From: Candidatus Latescibacterota bacterium
Lineage (GTDB): Bacteria > Latescibacterota > UBA2968 > GCA-2709665
Assembly (NCBI GenBank): GCA_965219995.1
Contig: CBDCOX010000002.1
Location: forward strand, 832,001-896,000
Reading direction: 5' to 3'
Length of the DNA stretch: 64,000 bases
Shown: in pieces, positions 20,897 to 31,796 of the stretch
How the letters are laid out: the number at the start of each line of letters is the position of its first letter
How positions within the stretch are numbered: position 1 is the first letter of the stretch
The notes under the pieces: generated by a model
Told to the model about the DNA's origin: nothing
Database searches by the model: none
What the model saw: the letters and a program-made list of their open reading frames with translations, nothing else
Program-made: the position numbers and the translations under genes

Positions 20897-22078
20897 TCAG
20901 GCGTCACCGGGAGTTGTGCCGGACCGGCGGAATCCGGCGGAACCATGGAACCGCCATTGATCGAAAATCAGCGACAACCCCTTCAGAACCCGCTCCATAT
21001 CCGATTCCGAGGTGCTACCCATCGCGGCAATCCGGATGGCCGTATCCCGCATCGGGCCGTACCCCGGCGCGATCTGGACGTTCAGCAGGGTCTTCGCCGC
21101 CCGTACGAATTCCGGCGCCGGGACGGATTCGGGCATCAGGATTGCGGTGACGGTAGGGCTGTAGCATCCGGGCTGCGCGAGCAGATCCAGGCCGTGTCTT
21201 CCGGCCCAGTCGCGCTGCATTCGCGCAAGGTTCCGATGCCGCTCGAAACGGGCTTTCCCTTCGTCGAGCATTTCCTCGAGGCGGGCGATCAGACAGCGTA
21301 TCATGAGGTCCGAAACCGTCACCGGCGTTTGCGCGGTTTCGGCGTGTGATTGCCACTCCATCAGGTCCAGCACGTACCCGCGTCGCGTTGCGCGGCGTGC
21401 GGCCTGAAGCGCGCGGTCCGAGACGATCATGACCGAACCGATGGCTGGTATCGCGAAGTCCTTCTGAAGGCTCCAAAGATAATAGTCCGGCCGCAATGCG
21501 CCAATGTCCAGCTCGACCGCCCCGGCGATACTCACCCCGTCGACGGCAATCAACGTGTCCGGCGCGTACCGCCGCGCGTCTTCGCAAAGGGTATCGAGGG
21601 GCAGCGCAACCCCGGTCGCGGTTTCATTGTGCGTCAGCAATGCAAGGTCATAGCCGCGCCGCATCGCCTCCCGCCACGAATCGGATCCGATTCCGTGCCC
21701 CCACGGCGCCTTCAGCACGTCGACGGCGCGGTCGAGCCGCCTGAATACACCCGCCCAGCGGGCGGAAAACGCGCCTATATCGAGACCCAGAGCACGATAC
21801 GCGGTTGGTGTGTTGACCGCGACCATCTCCCAACTGTAGCTGGTTGCGTGTCCGAACACAAGGGGCGTGTATGTTTCAGGAACGTGGAAAGCTTCGCGCA
21901 GAAGGTCCACCGCCCGGGCGTATAGGGTCCTGAAGTCGGTTGAACGGTGGGTAAACGTCGCCCGGTAGGTCCGGACGACCCGCTCGACCGCCGGCGTGAG
22001 AGCGTGCGGCCCCGGGGTCCAGAGGGCGGTGTCCGGCAGGCGCAGGCGACTGAATTCGTCTTTCGTTTCGGCATTCAT
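20897..22078 (-). CDS. Class V aminotransferase (serine-pyruvate/alanine-glyoxylate family)
   Basis: TPGP, THRS, HNETATGV, VDGVS, PLP lysine in SLQK; ATG at 22078. Confidence 0.88.
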   Translation of the reverse strand: MNAETKDEFSRLRLPDTALWTPGPHALTPAVERVVRTYRATFTHRSTDFRTLYARAVDLLREAFHVPETYTPLVFGHATSYSWEMVAVNTPTAYRALGLDIGAFSARWAGVFRRLDRAVDVLKAPWGHGIGSDSWREAMRRGYDLALLTHNETATGVALPLDTLCEDARRYAPDTLIAVDGVSIAGAVELDIGALRPDYYLWSLQKDFAIPAIGSVMIVSDRALQAARRATRRGYVLDLMEWQSHAETAQTPVTVSDLMIRCLIARLEEMLDEGKARFERHRNLARMQRDWAGRHGLDLLAQPGCYSPTVTAILMPESVPAPEFVRAAKTLLNVQIAPGYGPMRDTAIRIAAMGSTSESDMERVLKGLSLIFDQWRFHGSAGFRRSGTTPGDA

Positions 22079-22129
22079 CCGGGCGTCTCGGACAACGAAT
22101 CTCACGGGTGGCCGACATATAATAAGAGC

Positions 22130-22157
22130 GCCCGTTAAACAGGCAGGTTTAACGGGC
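22130..22157 (-). terminator. Hairpin downstream of tRNA-Gly, probable terminator
   Basis: GCCCGTTAAAC-N6-GTTTAACGGGC, 11-bp perfect stem; weak U tract. Confidence 0.55.
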
Positions 22158-22173
22158 TTTCGCGCACAGGAAA

Positions 22174-22248
22174 TGGAGCGGGAAACGGGACTCGAACCCG
22201 CGACCCCAACCTTGGCAAGGTTGTGCTCTACCACTGAGCTATTCCCGC
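22174..22248 (-). tRNA. tRNA-Gly(GCC)
   Basis: GCGGGAATAGCTCAGTGGTAGAGCACAACCTTGCCAAGGTTGGGGTCGCGGGTTCGAGTCCCGTTTCCCGCTCCA; CCA encoded. Confidence 0.98.
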
Positions 22249-22280
22249 TCCCTATCGTCTGATATATCGGGTCGAGCGGA

Positions 22281-22309
22281 AAATTAAGCAATGGCCTGCA
22301 GGATGTCAA
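22281..22309 (-). promoter_or_regulatory. sigma70 promoter of tRNA-Gly
   Basis: Minus strand TTGACA-N17-TAATTT. Confidence 0.7.
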
Positions 22310-22584
22310 GGGTTAATGTGTACACGCGGCTTGCGGACGGAACGATGACCGGCCCCGGAGCGCACGTCCGGTAAACGCACGGGAATCGCCTTCCATGCAG
22401 GCTGAGGCGACCTGCTTTTCCGCGTGAGGAACACGCGTTTGAGTTGACTTTCGTGGTTGCGAGGCGCATATTTACGATTCGCCCCGCAGGGGTACCGGTC
22501 CGTGTCGAATGGTCTGGCGCATCGCCGGATTCCAGGCGATTGGTACTGCGATTGCCGTTGTTGCTCTGAATGGAGCGAGGTGGA

Positions 22585-24672
22585 ATGGTCGAAGAGCGGT
22601 TTGTCCTGGCAATTGACATCGGCGGCACGTTCACGGATCTCGTTCTTCTGGAGCGCCGTAGCGGTCGGCAGGCGGTTGCCAAGGTGGCTACGACCTATCC
22701 GGATCCTTCCGATGCCGTGTTGAACGGGATCGACTCGGTACTGGAACCCGACGACATGGGGGCCGTTCAACGCGTCATTCACGGAACGACGCTGGTGACC
22801 AATACGCTGATCGAACGCAAGGGCGCGCGAACCGGGCTGGTCACCACGGCCGGGTTCCGGGACGCGCTGGAAATTGGGCGGGAGGGTCGATATGACATTT
22901 ACGATCTTGGGCTGGAATTGCCCGAACCGCTGGTGGAACGCAGATTGAGATTCGGCGTGCCGGAGCGGATGAACGTCCGGGGACACGTACTGAAGCCCCT
23001 GGATGAGGCGTCTATATTGGACGCGTGCAGGTTGTTTCTGGATGAATGTGTCGAGGCGGTTGCCATCTGTTTTCTTCACGCGTACGCCAATCCGGAACAC
23101 GAGCGGCAGGCGGCGCGGATTGTTCATGATGCGATGCCTGGAGTTGCGGTCTCGGTCTCACATCAGGTGTCGCCCGAATTGAGGGAATACGACCGGACGT
23201 CCACGACCGTTGCCAATGCTTACGTGCAACCGCTTGCCCGGCGGTACCTGGCGGGATTGTCCGAAGGCCTGGCGGCAAAGGGAATCGTCGTTCCACTGCA
23301 TATCATGTTGTCCAACGGCGGGGTCTGTTCCGCGGAGACTGCCGCTGCCTTTCCGGTACGTCTCGTGGAATCCGGTCCCAGCGGCGGCGCGTTGTCCGCC
23401 GCCTATTGGGCGCGCCGTTCAGACCGGCGGGACGTGCTCGCGTTTGATATGGGCGGAACCACGGCAAAGGCCGTGCTCAGCAGCGAAGGCGGATTTCCAA
23501 TAACGAACGAATCCGAGGTTGCTCGCGTCTATCGCTTCAAGCGCGGCAGCGGGTTGCCGCTCCTGGTGCCGGTCCTGGATATGATCGAGATTGGCGCCGG
23601 CGGCGGCAGTATCGCGCATCTCAACCGGATGGGCCTGCCCGCGGTCGGTCCCGAAAGCGCGGGATCGGTTCCCGGCCCTGCCTGTTACGCGAACGGCGGC
23701 GGGGAGCCCACCGTCACGGATGCCGATCTGTTGCTGGGCAAGCTGGATCCCGAATATTTTCTGGGTGGAAGGATGGCGCTGGACGTGGACAGTGCGCGAA
23801 ACGCCGTTCAACGGCTGTCAGCGCGCCTCGGCATGGACGTGAATCGGATGGCTTGGGGCATCCACCGAATGGTCAACGAGAATATGGCCAATGCCGCGCG
23901 GGTCCACGCGGCCGAGCGTGGAACCGACATCCGTGGTTATACGATGGTGGCAACCGGAGGCGCGGGACCGGTGCACGCGTGCGGCGTGGCCGAACGGCTG
24001 GGCATCGCCACCGTGATCGTGCCGCCCGCCGCAGGCGTGAGTTCGGCATTCGGTCTGATGCTGGCTCCGATTTCGTTCGACTTCGCAAGGAGTTACGTCG
24101 CGCGGCTCCGGGCGCTGGATTACGAGCGCTTGAACGGCCTGTTTGAAGAGATGGAAAACGAAGGCGAGGGCGTCTTGCGAGAGGCCGGCGTGGCGCCCGT
24201 TGAGATGCGGATTGAACGTACCGCCGACATGCGCTACGTGGGACAGGGCCATGAAATCCGAATTTCGATTCCGCACGGCAGATTGGATCCCGATCGGCTG
24301 GACGAGATTCAAGCGGGTTTCGAAACCGAATACACGCGCAAATATACACGCACCTGCGACGGCGTTGAAATCGAGTCCGTCCACTGGCGCGTCCGGATGT
24401 CTGCGCCGGAACCCGATCCGGGCGACGTCGACACGGCCTCCGCGGCGGCCGGGGACGCGAAGAAGGGCGTGCGCGGCGTTCTGTTCAACGCGGAGCAGGC
24501 GCCGGAAGAGACGCCGGTATTCGACCGGTACCGGCTCGCCGCCGGCTTCTGCACGGCGGGTCCCGCAATCGTGGAAGAAGCCGAGTCGACCGCCGTCGTA
24601 CCTCGTGGCTGGGTGATGAGCGTGGAAGCCTGCGGCAACCTGCTTCTTACGCGTCCGGAGGGTTCGCGATGA
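22585..24672 (+). CDS. Hydantoinase A / 5-oxoprolinase A family protein (second copy)
   Basis: IDIGGTFTD, HGTTLVTN, ESGPSGG, DMGGTT, GAGGGSIA, GPACY; candidate promoter TTGACT-N17-CATATT at 22444-22472. Confidence 0.93.
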   Translation: MVEERFVLAIDIGGTFTDLVLLERRSGRQAVAKVATTYPDPSDAVLNGIDSVLEPDDMGAVQRVIHGTTLVTNTLIERKGARTGLVTTAGFRDALEIGREGRYDIYDLGLELPEPLVERRLRFGVPERMNVRGHVLKPLDEASILDACRLFLDECVEAVAICFLHAYANPEHERQAARIVHDAMPGVAVSVSHQVSPELREYDRTSTTVANAYVQPLARRYLAGLSEGLAAKGIVVPLHIMLSNGGVCSAETAAAFPVRLVESGPSGGALSAAYWARRSDRRDVLAFDMGGTTAKAVLSSEGGFPITNESEVARVYRFKRGSGLPLLVPVLDMIEIGAGGGSIAHLNRMGLPAVGPESAGSVPGPACYANGGGEPTVTDADLLLGKLDPEYFLGGRMALDVDSARNAVQRLSARLGMDVNRMAWGIHRMVNENMANAARVHAAERGTDIRGYTMVATGGAGPVHACGVAERLGIATVIVPPAAGVSSAFGLMLAPISFDFARSYVARLRALDYERLNGLFEEMENEGEGVLREAGVAPVEMRIERTADMRYVGQGHEIRISIPHGRLDPDRLDEIQAGFETEYTRKYTRTCDGVEIESVHWRVRMSAPEPDPGDVDTASAAAGDAKKGVRGVLFNAEQAPEETPVFDRYRLAAGFCTAGPAIVEEAESTAVVPRGWVMSVEACGNLLLTRPEGSR

Positions 24673-26405
24673 AGTCTGCGGAAAAGCTGGATGCAGTCCT
24701 CCTGGAGGTGTTGTGGAACCGGCTTATTTCCATCGTGAACGAACAGGCCGCGGCACTGGTGCACGCGTCGTTTACTACCGTGGTGCGGGAAGCCGGCGAC
24801 CTTTCCGCGGGCATTTTCAACCGTGGCGGTCACATGGTCGCGCAAGCGGTGACGGGCACGCCCGGTCACATCAACACGATGGCAACGTGCGTACGCCATT
24901 TCGCGAAAGCGCATCCAATAGACAGTCTGAAGCCAGGCGACAGCCTGCTCACCAACGATCCATGGCTGGGTTCGGGGCATCTGCACGACATTACGCTGGT
25001 TACTCCCGTCTTCTATCGAAACAAGGCCGTGGGCTGGTTCGCCAATACGTGCCACGCAATGGACATCGGCGGACGGACGCTTGGCGCCGACGCGCGCGAG
25101 GTCTTCGAGGAAGGCCTGCATATTCCCATCATGTTCCTGTTCCGGGAAGGCTCGGTCAATCGCGACCTGATGGAAATCGTGCGGGCGAACGTCCGCACAC
25201 CGGATGCCGTCGTGGGGGACCTCTATGCGCAACAGGCCGGCAACGACGTGGGCGCCGCCAAGCTCTCGGAGATGATGGCGGAATACGAAATGGAGGACAT
25301 CGAGTCGCTCGCGTCAATGATACTGGACCGTTCGGAAGCCGCCACGCGCGATGCGATCGCGAAGATTCCCAACGGCACGTACCGGGATGAAGTGGTCATC
25401 GACGGTTTCGATCATCCGCTGAAGATCGTGGTATCCATCGGTGTACGGGACCGGGACCTTGTGGTAGACTACGACGGCACGTCGCCGCAGGTGGACCGCG
25501 GCATCAACGTGGTCTACAACTATACGCACGCCTATACAACCTATCCGCTCGCGTGTTCAATCAGTCCCTCCGTTCCGAACAACGCCGGCAGTTTCCGCCC
25601 CGTCAAGGTGACGGCCCCGGAGGGGAGCGTACTCAATGCCAGGTTTCCATGCGCCGTCGGCGCCCGGCACCTGATCGGGCACTTTCTCTCCCAGGCGGTA
25701 TTCGGCGCGTTGTCCGGAGCCATTCCCGAGCGGGTGCTCGCGGACGGTTCGGCCGGGCTCTGGAACACGCAGCTGGAGGGCCACGACCGGGACGGACGGG
25801 TGTTTTCCTACATCTTTTTCTCCGCAGGCGGCATGGGCGCGAGGCCTGCTTCGGACGGGCTTTCCGCCACGGCCTTTCCCAGCGGGATCAAGGGAGTGCC
25901 CGCCGAGGCGATCGAGGCAGTTTCGCCTGTACTGATGCTGAAGCGGGAGTTGCGTCCGGACTCCGGCGGCGCGGGCAAGTACCGAGGCGGTCTGGGGCAG
26001 GAGATGGTGCTGAGCATGGATACCGATACCGCGGTGTTGCATTCGTGTATGTATGACCGCACGAAGAGTCCGGCACGCGGGTTTCTGGGGGGAGCCGACG
26101 GCGCCGTTGGCGAGGTGATCCTTTCGGACGGGTCCCGGCCGCATCCGAAGGGGAAATACGAGCTGCAGCCGGGGCAGTCCGTCACGCTGAGGCTTCCAGG
26201 CGGCGGAGGTTTCTTCTCTCCCATGGCACGCGATCCGAAGCGTGTGCTGAACGATGTACGACAGGGGCGGGTGTCTCCGGAAGCGGCCCGGGAGGTGTAC
26301 GGGGTGGTTGTGGACACCCGGAACCGGAAAGTGGACGCTGCCGCGACCGAGGCGGTCAGGGATGCCTCCGCCGGCACGGAGGACGGAACGGGTTCCACGC
26401 CGTGA
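24669..26405 (+). CDS. Hydantoinase B / 5-oxoprolinase B family protein (second copy)
   Basis: NDPWLGSGHLHD, HAMDIGG, FEEGL, DSGGAGKYRGGLG, PGGGG; ATGA overlap with subunit A. Confidence 0.93.
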   Translation: MKSAEKLDAVLLEVLWNRLISIVNEQAAALVHASFTTVVREAGDLSAGIFNRGGHMVAQAVTGTPGHINTMATCVRHFAKAHPIDSLKPGDSLLTNDPWLGSGHLHDITLVTPVFYRNKAVGWFANTCHAMDIGGRTLGADAREVFEEGLHIPIMFLFREGSVNRDLMEIVRANVRTPDAVVGDLYAQQAGNDVGAAKLSEMMAEYEMEDIESLASMILDRSEAATRDAIAKIPNGTYRDEVVIDGFDHPLKIVVSIGVRDRDLVVDYDGTSPQVDRGINVVYNYTHAYTTYPLACSISPSVPNNAGSFRPVKVTAPEGSVLNARFPCAVGARHLIGHFLSQAVFGALSGAIPERVLADGSAGLWNTQLEGHDRDGRVFSYIFFSAGGMGARPASDGLSATAFPSGIKGVPAEAIEAVSPVLMLKRELRPDSGGAGKYRGGLGQEMVLSMDTDTAVLHSCMYDRTKSPARGFLGGADGAVGEVILSDGSRPHPKGKYELQPGQSVTLRLPGGGGFFSPMARDPKRVLNDVRQGRVSPEAAREVYGVVVDTRNRKVDAAATEAVRDASAGTEDGTGSTP

Positions 26406-26508
26406 ACCGCGGCGCCAGTGTGGCGCCGGGACGCTGGCTCGCATTTGATCGAAACTTTAAAATACCCCTGAAAGTGAATGGAAGGCAACGGGTTGTATAG
26501 GAAATTCG

Positions 26509-27903
26509 ATGAGAAAATATGAAGCCGCTGACGGCTACCGGGGGATCTGGTGGTGGGACACGCCCGCGGACAACGAGTACAAATACGTCTATTACAGTGG
26601 AGGATTTGCAACCTACACCGCCAAACACATTCCGCTGGCCTATTATTCCGAACCCGCGCACAAGACGTTTTTCTGCTACGGGGGGACGTACAGGGACAGG
26701 AACCGGATCCTTGCCATGGTCTCCTATTACGATCACGCTACCGGGACGGTCCCGCGGCCGACCGTCCTGATGGACAAGGGCACGGCAGACGCGCACGACA
26801 ACCCGGTGCTGATGCTTGACGACAAGGGCTTTATCTGGGTCTGTGTGAGCGCACACGGCACCGTAAGGCCGGCGTATATTTTCAAGAGTGAAGACCCCTA
26901 TTCCGTGGATGCATTCCAATGTGTGCAGAAGACGAATTTCTCTTATCCTCAGCCGTGGCATATTCACGGCCGGGGATTCCTGTTTCTGCACACCCGGTAC
27001 CTGGGCGGCCGGTTTCTCTACATGCAGAACAGCACGGACGGGACGAGCTGGTCCGAACCCAGGGTCTTATCGAGAATCCGCCAGGGGCACTACCAGGTCA
27101 GTTGGCGCGCCGGAAAGCGGGTCGGCACCGCGTTCAACTACCATCCTGTCAAGAAGCCGGGGCCACCCAGGACCAACCTGTATTACCTGCAGACCGACGA
27201 TTTCGGTGAAACCTGGAAAAGTGCCGCGGGTGAGCGGTTGGACCTCCCCCTGGAATGTCCCCGTAACGACGCGATTGTCCACGACTACGAGCGGGAAGGC
27301 CTTCAGGTATTCGTAAAGGACCTGAATTTCGACGCTCAAGGCCATCCCGTCATCCTGATTCTGGCCAGCCGGGGGATGGAGACCGGTCCCGAAAACGACC
27401 CGCGCGTCTGGATGACGGTACGGTGGACGGGCAATGCCTGGATGATCCGAGAGGCATTCCGGTCCGACAATAACTACGACGCCGGGGGATTGCACGTCGA
27501 AACGGATGGGACGTGGCGGATTATCGCGCCGACGGAGACAGGTCCGCAGCCCTACAATACCGGCGGTGAGGTGGCGGTGTGGACCAGCGGCGATGAAGGC
27601 GACACGTGGGAGAAAGCCCGGCTGGCAACCGCGAACAGCATCTACAATCACACCTATGTGCGCCGGCCGGTAAACGCCCACCCGGAATTCTATGCCTTCT
27701 GGGCGGATGGACACGCGCGGCAGCAGTCTGAATCCCGTCTGTATTTCTGCAACAACACGGGCGAGCACGTCTTCCGGTTGCCGTCCCTGATGTCCGGGGA
27801 CCGCCAGAAACCGGAGAGGGTGGTCCCACTCACGGACGCGGAGGCTCCCGGAGAGGCCGGCGACGCGGACTCCGGCCGAAACTCAGGAAAGGTGGAGCGA
27901 TGA
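26509..27903 (+). CDS. BNR_4-type beta-propeller protein (putative carbohydrate-active)
   Basis: DAHDNP..HG, FSYPQ and Asp-boxes [24 protein letters not shown]. Confidence 0.75.
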   Translation: MRKYEAADGYRGIWWWDTPADNEYKYVYYSGGFATYTAKHIPLAYYSEPAHKTFFCYGGTYRDRNRILAMVSYYDHATGTVPRPTVLMDKGTADAHDNPVLMLDDKGFIWVCVSAHGTVRPAYIFKSEDPYSVDAFQCVQKTNFSYPQPWHIHGRGFLFLHTRYLGGRFLYMQNSTDGTSWSEPRVLSRIRQGHYQVSWRAGKRVGTAFNYHPVKKPGPPRTNLYYLQTDDFGETWKSAAGERLDLPLECPRNDAIVHDYEREGLQVFVKDLNFDAQGHPVILILASRGMETGPENDPRVWMTVRWTGNAWMIREAFRSDNNYDAGGLHVETDGTWRIIAPTETGPQPYNTGGEVAVWTSGDEGDTWEKARLATANSIYNHTYVRRPVNAHPEFYAFWADGHARQQSESRLYFCNNTGEHVFRLPSLMSGDRQKPERVVPLTDAEAPGEAGDADSGRNSGKVER

Positions 27904-28772
27904 AAGGCATCATTCTGTCGGGCGGGCTGGGAACCCGGCTGTACCCGCTTACGGTCTCGATTTCCAAGCAGATCATGCCCATCTTCGACAAACCGATGAT
28001 CTATTACCCGCTTTCGGTGCTGATGCTGGCCAATATCCGTGAATTCCTGATCATTTCATCGCCTGAACATATCGAGCTCTACCGGAATCTGCTCGGAGAC
28101 GGCAGCCGTCTGGGTCTCCGGTTCGACTACGCGATCCAACCGCGTCCGGAGGGCGTTGCGCAATCCTTCATCATCGGCGAGGAATTCATCGACGGCGAAC
28201 CCTGCGCTCTCATATTCGGTGACAATTTCTTCTACGGCCATGGTCTGTCGGGACTGCTGGAGCACGCGGGCAAACACGAAGAAGGCGGGCTGGTCTTCGC
28301 GTATTACGTGCAGGACCCGGAGAGATACGGTGTGGTTGAGTTCGATGATCGCATGAACGTGGTGGGCATCGAAGAGAAACCGAAACGACCCAGGTCGAAT
28401 TATGCGGTTACCGGACTTTATTTCTATGACGGAAGCGCGGTGGAGTTCGCGAAGCGACTGAAGCCGTCTGACCGGGGGGAACTGGAAATCACCGATTTGA
28501 ACAACGAGTACCTCAGACGGGACAAGCTGCGTGTTCAGTTGCTGGGAAGGGGAATTGCCTATCTCGACACGGGAACCCACGAGAGCCTGCTGGAAGCGAG
28601 CAACTTCGTACAGATTGTCGAAAACCGGCAGGGGCTCAAAATCGCGTGCCTGGAGGAAATCTCGTTTCGAAAAGGGTACATCAGCGCGCGGCAACTCGAG
28701 GACATCGCGAACTATTCGGAAGAGAACGGGTATTGTCAGTACCTGAAAAGGTTGCTGGCGACCGGGACGTGA
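27900..28772 (+). CDS. rfbA: Glucose-1-phosphate thymidylyltransferase
   Basis: [40 protein letters not shown]. Confidence 0.96.
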   Translation: MKGIILSGGLGTRLYPLTVSISKQIMPIFDKPMIYYPLSVLMLANIREFLIISSPEHIELYRNLLGDGSRLGLRFDYAIQPRPEGVAQSFIIGEEFIDGEPCALIFGDNFFYGHGLSGLLEHAGKHEEGGLVFAYYVQDPERYGVVEFDDRMNVVGIEEKPKRPRSNYAVTGLYFYDGSAVEFAKRLKPSDRGELEITDLNNEYLRRDKLRVQLLGRGIAYLDTGTHESLLEASNFVQIVENRQGLKIACLEEISFRKGYISARQLEDIANYSEENGYCQYLKRLLATGT

Positions 28773-28967
28773 CCGGCCGCAGGCCGCGACAACGGCCTCC
28801 AACCGACCGCCCGGTCACATTCGGAAGGCGATTTTCAGATCGCTCGTACCCGTGTCGGTGAAACATCCGGGATTCCACCGTCCCGCGGGATCCTGGAGCT
28901 TCTCGAAGATGTCCGGGCGGCGGATGCACGGCAACACCGTTTCGCGCAATCCCATGAAAGGCTCCCC

Positions 28968-29306
28968 ATGTCGAGGATGTTATGCATCCTGGTTGTTCTG
29001 GCGTCGTTTGTTTACTGTGGAGACGCCCCGTTGGCGCCTGAAGAGGCAATTATCGGTACGTGGAAACTGACGCTCGCGAGGGACGAGTCTGTAACGGTGA
29101 ATTACACGCTGACCTTTGAAAGGAACGGAAATTACACGTTTATCAATACGATTTTCGACGGGAGTCAGATCACGACCACCGGGGTCTGGCGAATCCAGAA
29201 CAACACACTGTTCCTCGACACCCTGGACTTCGGGTTCTCCATCGAAGAGGACGCACTGACGCTGTATGCGATAGACGGCACGGTATTCGTCTATACGAAG
29301 CAGTAG
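28968..29306 (+). CDS. Small exported lipocalin-like (lipo)protein
   Basis: Hydrophobic N-terminus ending in FVYC, IIGTWKL motif, beta-rich, ends VYTKQ; GAAAGG RBS. Confidence 0.65.
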   Translation: MSRMLCILVVLASFVYCGDAPLAPEEAIIGTWKLTLARDESVTVNYTLTFERNGNYTFINTIFDGSQITTTGVWRIQNNTLFLDTLDFGFSIEEDALTLYAIDGTVFVYTKQ

Positions 29307-29363
29307 TTTCCAGGGGGATTTCCGTTCCATGGTTCAGAACAGTGTATTTCTCCCGGAGAGGCC

Positions 29364-30740
29364 ATGCGCGTTGATCCTTCCATACGCCTGAGGGATCTGG
29401 AATCAAGTCTGAACCGGTGCTTCGAACTTGCAAGTGGCAAGATAACCTCTATTGCCGAGACATGGGATCCCGACCGAGGCGCGCCGGTGTTTACCGCGGG
29501 CGGGAAATACACCACCCGGGGCTGGACGGAATGGACGCAGGGATTCCAGTTTGGCTGTGCAATATTGCTGTTCGACGCGCTGAGGGACGCACGGTTCCTG
29601 GAAATCGGTCGACAAGGAACCGTCGACCGGATGGCCCCGCACCTGACCCACACCGGCGTGCACGATCACGGATTCAACAACATTTCAACCTATGGCAATC
29701 TCAGGCGGCTGATGCTCGACGGCGTCACCGCGCGCGATCGATGGGAAGCGGAATTTTACGATCTCGCACTAAAGGCCTCGGGGGCGGTCCAGGCGGCACG
29801 CTGGACGACAATTCGAAACGAAAAGGGGTATATTCCCTCCTTTAACGGTGCTCATTCACTGTTTTCCGATACGATCCGCACCTGCCGGTCCCTGGGGCTT
29901 GCGCACCGACTGGGCCACGTGTTGATGGGGGAGAACGACCGTCCGATTTCGCTCCTGGACCGGATGGTCCAGCACGCCGAGACGACGGCGAGGTACAACG
30001 TCTATTACGGCAGGGGGCGCGATTCCTACGACATTCGGGGCCGGGTGGCGCATGAATCGATTTTCAACGTCGCGGACGGAAACTATCGATGTCCGAGCAC
30101 ACAACAGGGATATTCACCCTATTCCACGTGGACGCGAGGTCTCGCCTGGATTCTGACGGGATACGCAGAGTTGCTGGAGTTCCTGGAGGTCGTCGATGAT
30201 GACGATCTTTCGGCCTGCGGCGGTCGAGACGACATAACGGCGTTCATGACCCGGGCGGCCACCGCCGCCGCCGATTACTTCGTCGACGGCGCATCCGCGG
30301 CCGACGGCATCCCGTATTGGGATACAGGCGCACCCGGGTTGGCCCGAATGGGCGACTATCTCGGTCGCAACGCCGATCCATTCAATGAATATGAACCCGT
30401 TGACAGTTCGGCAGCAGCGATTGCGGCGCAGGGCCTGTACCGCCTGGGAAAGTACCTTGGCGCTGAAGACGGCGCGCCGTACACGCGCGCGGCCTTAACC
30501 GTCTCGCGCACATTATTCGATTCACCGTACCTGTCGGAAGATGCAGATCACCAGGGGCTGATCCTGCATTCCGTATACCACCGGCCCAATGGATGGGACC
30601 GTTGCCGGCCGGGGCAAATCGTGCCGAACGGAGAGGCTTCGATTTGGGGAGACTATCATGCATTGGAACTGGCCGTGTTGTTGAAGCGTGAAATCAACGG
30701 GCAGCCGTACCTGACGTTTTTCGACGGCATCGACGATTAA
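29364..30740 (+). CDS. GH88-like unsaturated glucuronyl hydrolase family protein
   Basis: WTQGF, HDHGF, QQGY..STWTRGLAW, PYWD, DSSAAAIAA, WGDY. Confidence 0.82.
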   Translation: MRVDPSIRLRDLESSLNRCFELASGKITSIAETWDPDRGAPVFTAGGKYTTRGWTEWTQGFQFGCAILLFDALRDARFLEIGRQGTVDRMAPHLTHTGVHDHGFNNISTYGNLRRLMLDGVTARDRWEAEFYDLALKASGAVQAARWTTIRNEKGYIPSFNGAHSLFSDTIRTCRSLGLAHRLGHVLMGENDRPISLLDRMVQHAETTARYNVYYGRGRDSYDIRGRVAHESIFNVADGNYRCPSTQQGYSPYSTWTRGLAWILTGYAELLEFLEVVDDDDLSACGGRDDITAFMTRAATAAADYFVDGASAADGIPYWDTGAPGLARMGDYLGRNADPFNEYEPVDSSAAAIAAQGLYRLGKYLGAEDGAPYTRAALTVSRTLFDSPYLSEDADHQGLILHSVYHRPNGWDRCRPGQIVPNGEASIWGDYHALELAVLLKREINGQPYLTFFDGIDD

Positions 30741-30794
30741 CCCGAACGTTCATCGGACGTTTCGATCGCGTCGCGGTCATTCGGGCGGAAGGAC

Positions 30795-31667
30795 ATGAAG
30801 CGCATTCTTAACTCAGCCGGGCGAATGATGGGGCGGATACGGGGTGCACAACCGTTTGGACTCGTACCAGGCCTGGTCCTGGCGATCGCGTTCTGCACAA
30901 CCCCTGTACATGGTGGGGAATCGAACAGGTTCGATTTCGGACCCCTCGACCGCTTGTTGGGCAGATTCGTAGATTCCCGGGGATGGGTCGACTACGCCGG
31001 TATCAAGGCCGAGCCTTCCGAACTACGGCGCCAGCTGGCACGCCTTCGGAAGATCAGCCCGGAGAGCCACCCTGGCATGTTTCCCGATCGGGAAGATCGG
31101 CTCGCATACTGGATCAATGCGTACAACGCGCTGGTGATTGCGGGAGTGGTCAATGCGTATCCCGCAACCAGCGTGAAAGACATCCACCCGCAACCAGGAT
31201 TCTTCAAGGTTTTCCACGTCGTCGGCGGCAAGTCCCTTTCATTGGACGACATCGAACACAATATCGTCCGAAAAAGGTTCGGAGATCCTCGCATCCACGC
31301 GGCTCTGAATTGCGCCGCCGCATCCTGTCCCAGATTACGACCTGAAGCCTACCGGCCCGATCGGCTCGATAGCCAGTTGGATGCCGCTGTTCGGGACTTC
31401 ATCCGCGACCCGCAGCATGTACGCATCGACCGTGAAAGCAGGACGCTGGCGCTTTCGAAAATCCTCGATTGGTTCGAAGGAGATTTCACTGGCTGGTACA
31501 AACGTACCCATCGGGTGAAAGACGCTCGAATTACGGATTATCTGATTATCCATCTTGGCGAGAAAGACCGCGCCTTTCTGCAATCGCGCCAACAGGTAGC
31601 CATTCGCTACGTACCGTACGATTGGACGCTCAACGACCGTGCGTTGCACGAGAACGCAAGTCGTTGA
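30795..31667 (+). CDS. DUF547 domain protein, probably exported
   Basis: VDYAG, AYWINAYNA, SLDDIEH, DPRIHAALNCAAASCP, SKILDWF, YDWTLN. Confidence 0.9.
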   Translation: MKRILNSAGRMMGRIRGAQPFGLVPGLVLAIAFCTTPVHGGESNRFDFGPLDRLLGRFVDSRGWVDYAGIKAEPSELRRQLARLRKISPESHPGMFPDREDRLAYWINAYNALVIAGVVNAYPATSVKDIHPQPGFFKVFHVVGGKSLSLDDIEHNIVRKRFGDPRIHAALNCAAASCPRLRPEAYRPDRLDSQLDAAVRDFIRDPQHVRIDRESRTLALSKILDWFEGDFTGWYKRTHRVKDARITDYLIIHLGEKDRAFLQSRQQVAIRYVPYDWTLNDRALHENASR

Positions 31668-31796
31668 GTCCGTAACGAACCAACAATATCCGTATGTCCA
31701 CGTTTCGGCAAAGACACGGTTCGAGCCGGTCTGACCGATACCAACGGCTGAGCGACGGGTATCTTCCGGTCTGACGTCAACGCAAAGGAGGGGGAG

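Noticed and set aside
22174-22248. tRNA-anchored genomic island at tRNA-Gly or tRNA-Arg
   Set aside because: No integrase, no duplicated tRNA 3' end found by eye, no obvious compositional shift
22079-22309. N-terminal extension of the class V aminotransferase in the ORF track
   Set aside because: It runs through tRNA-Gly and its promoter; the real start is near 22078
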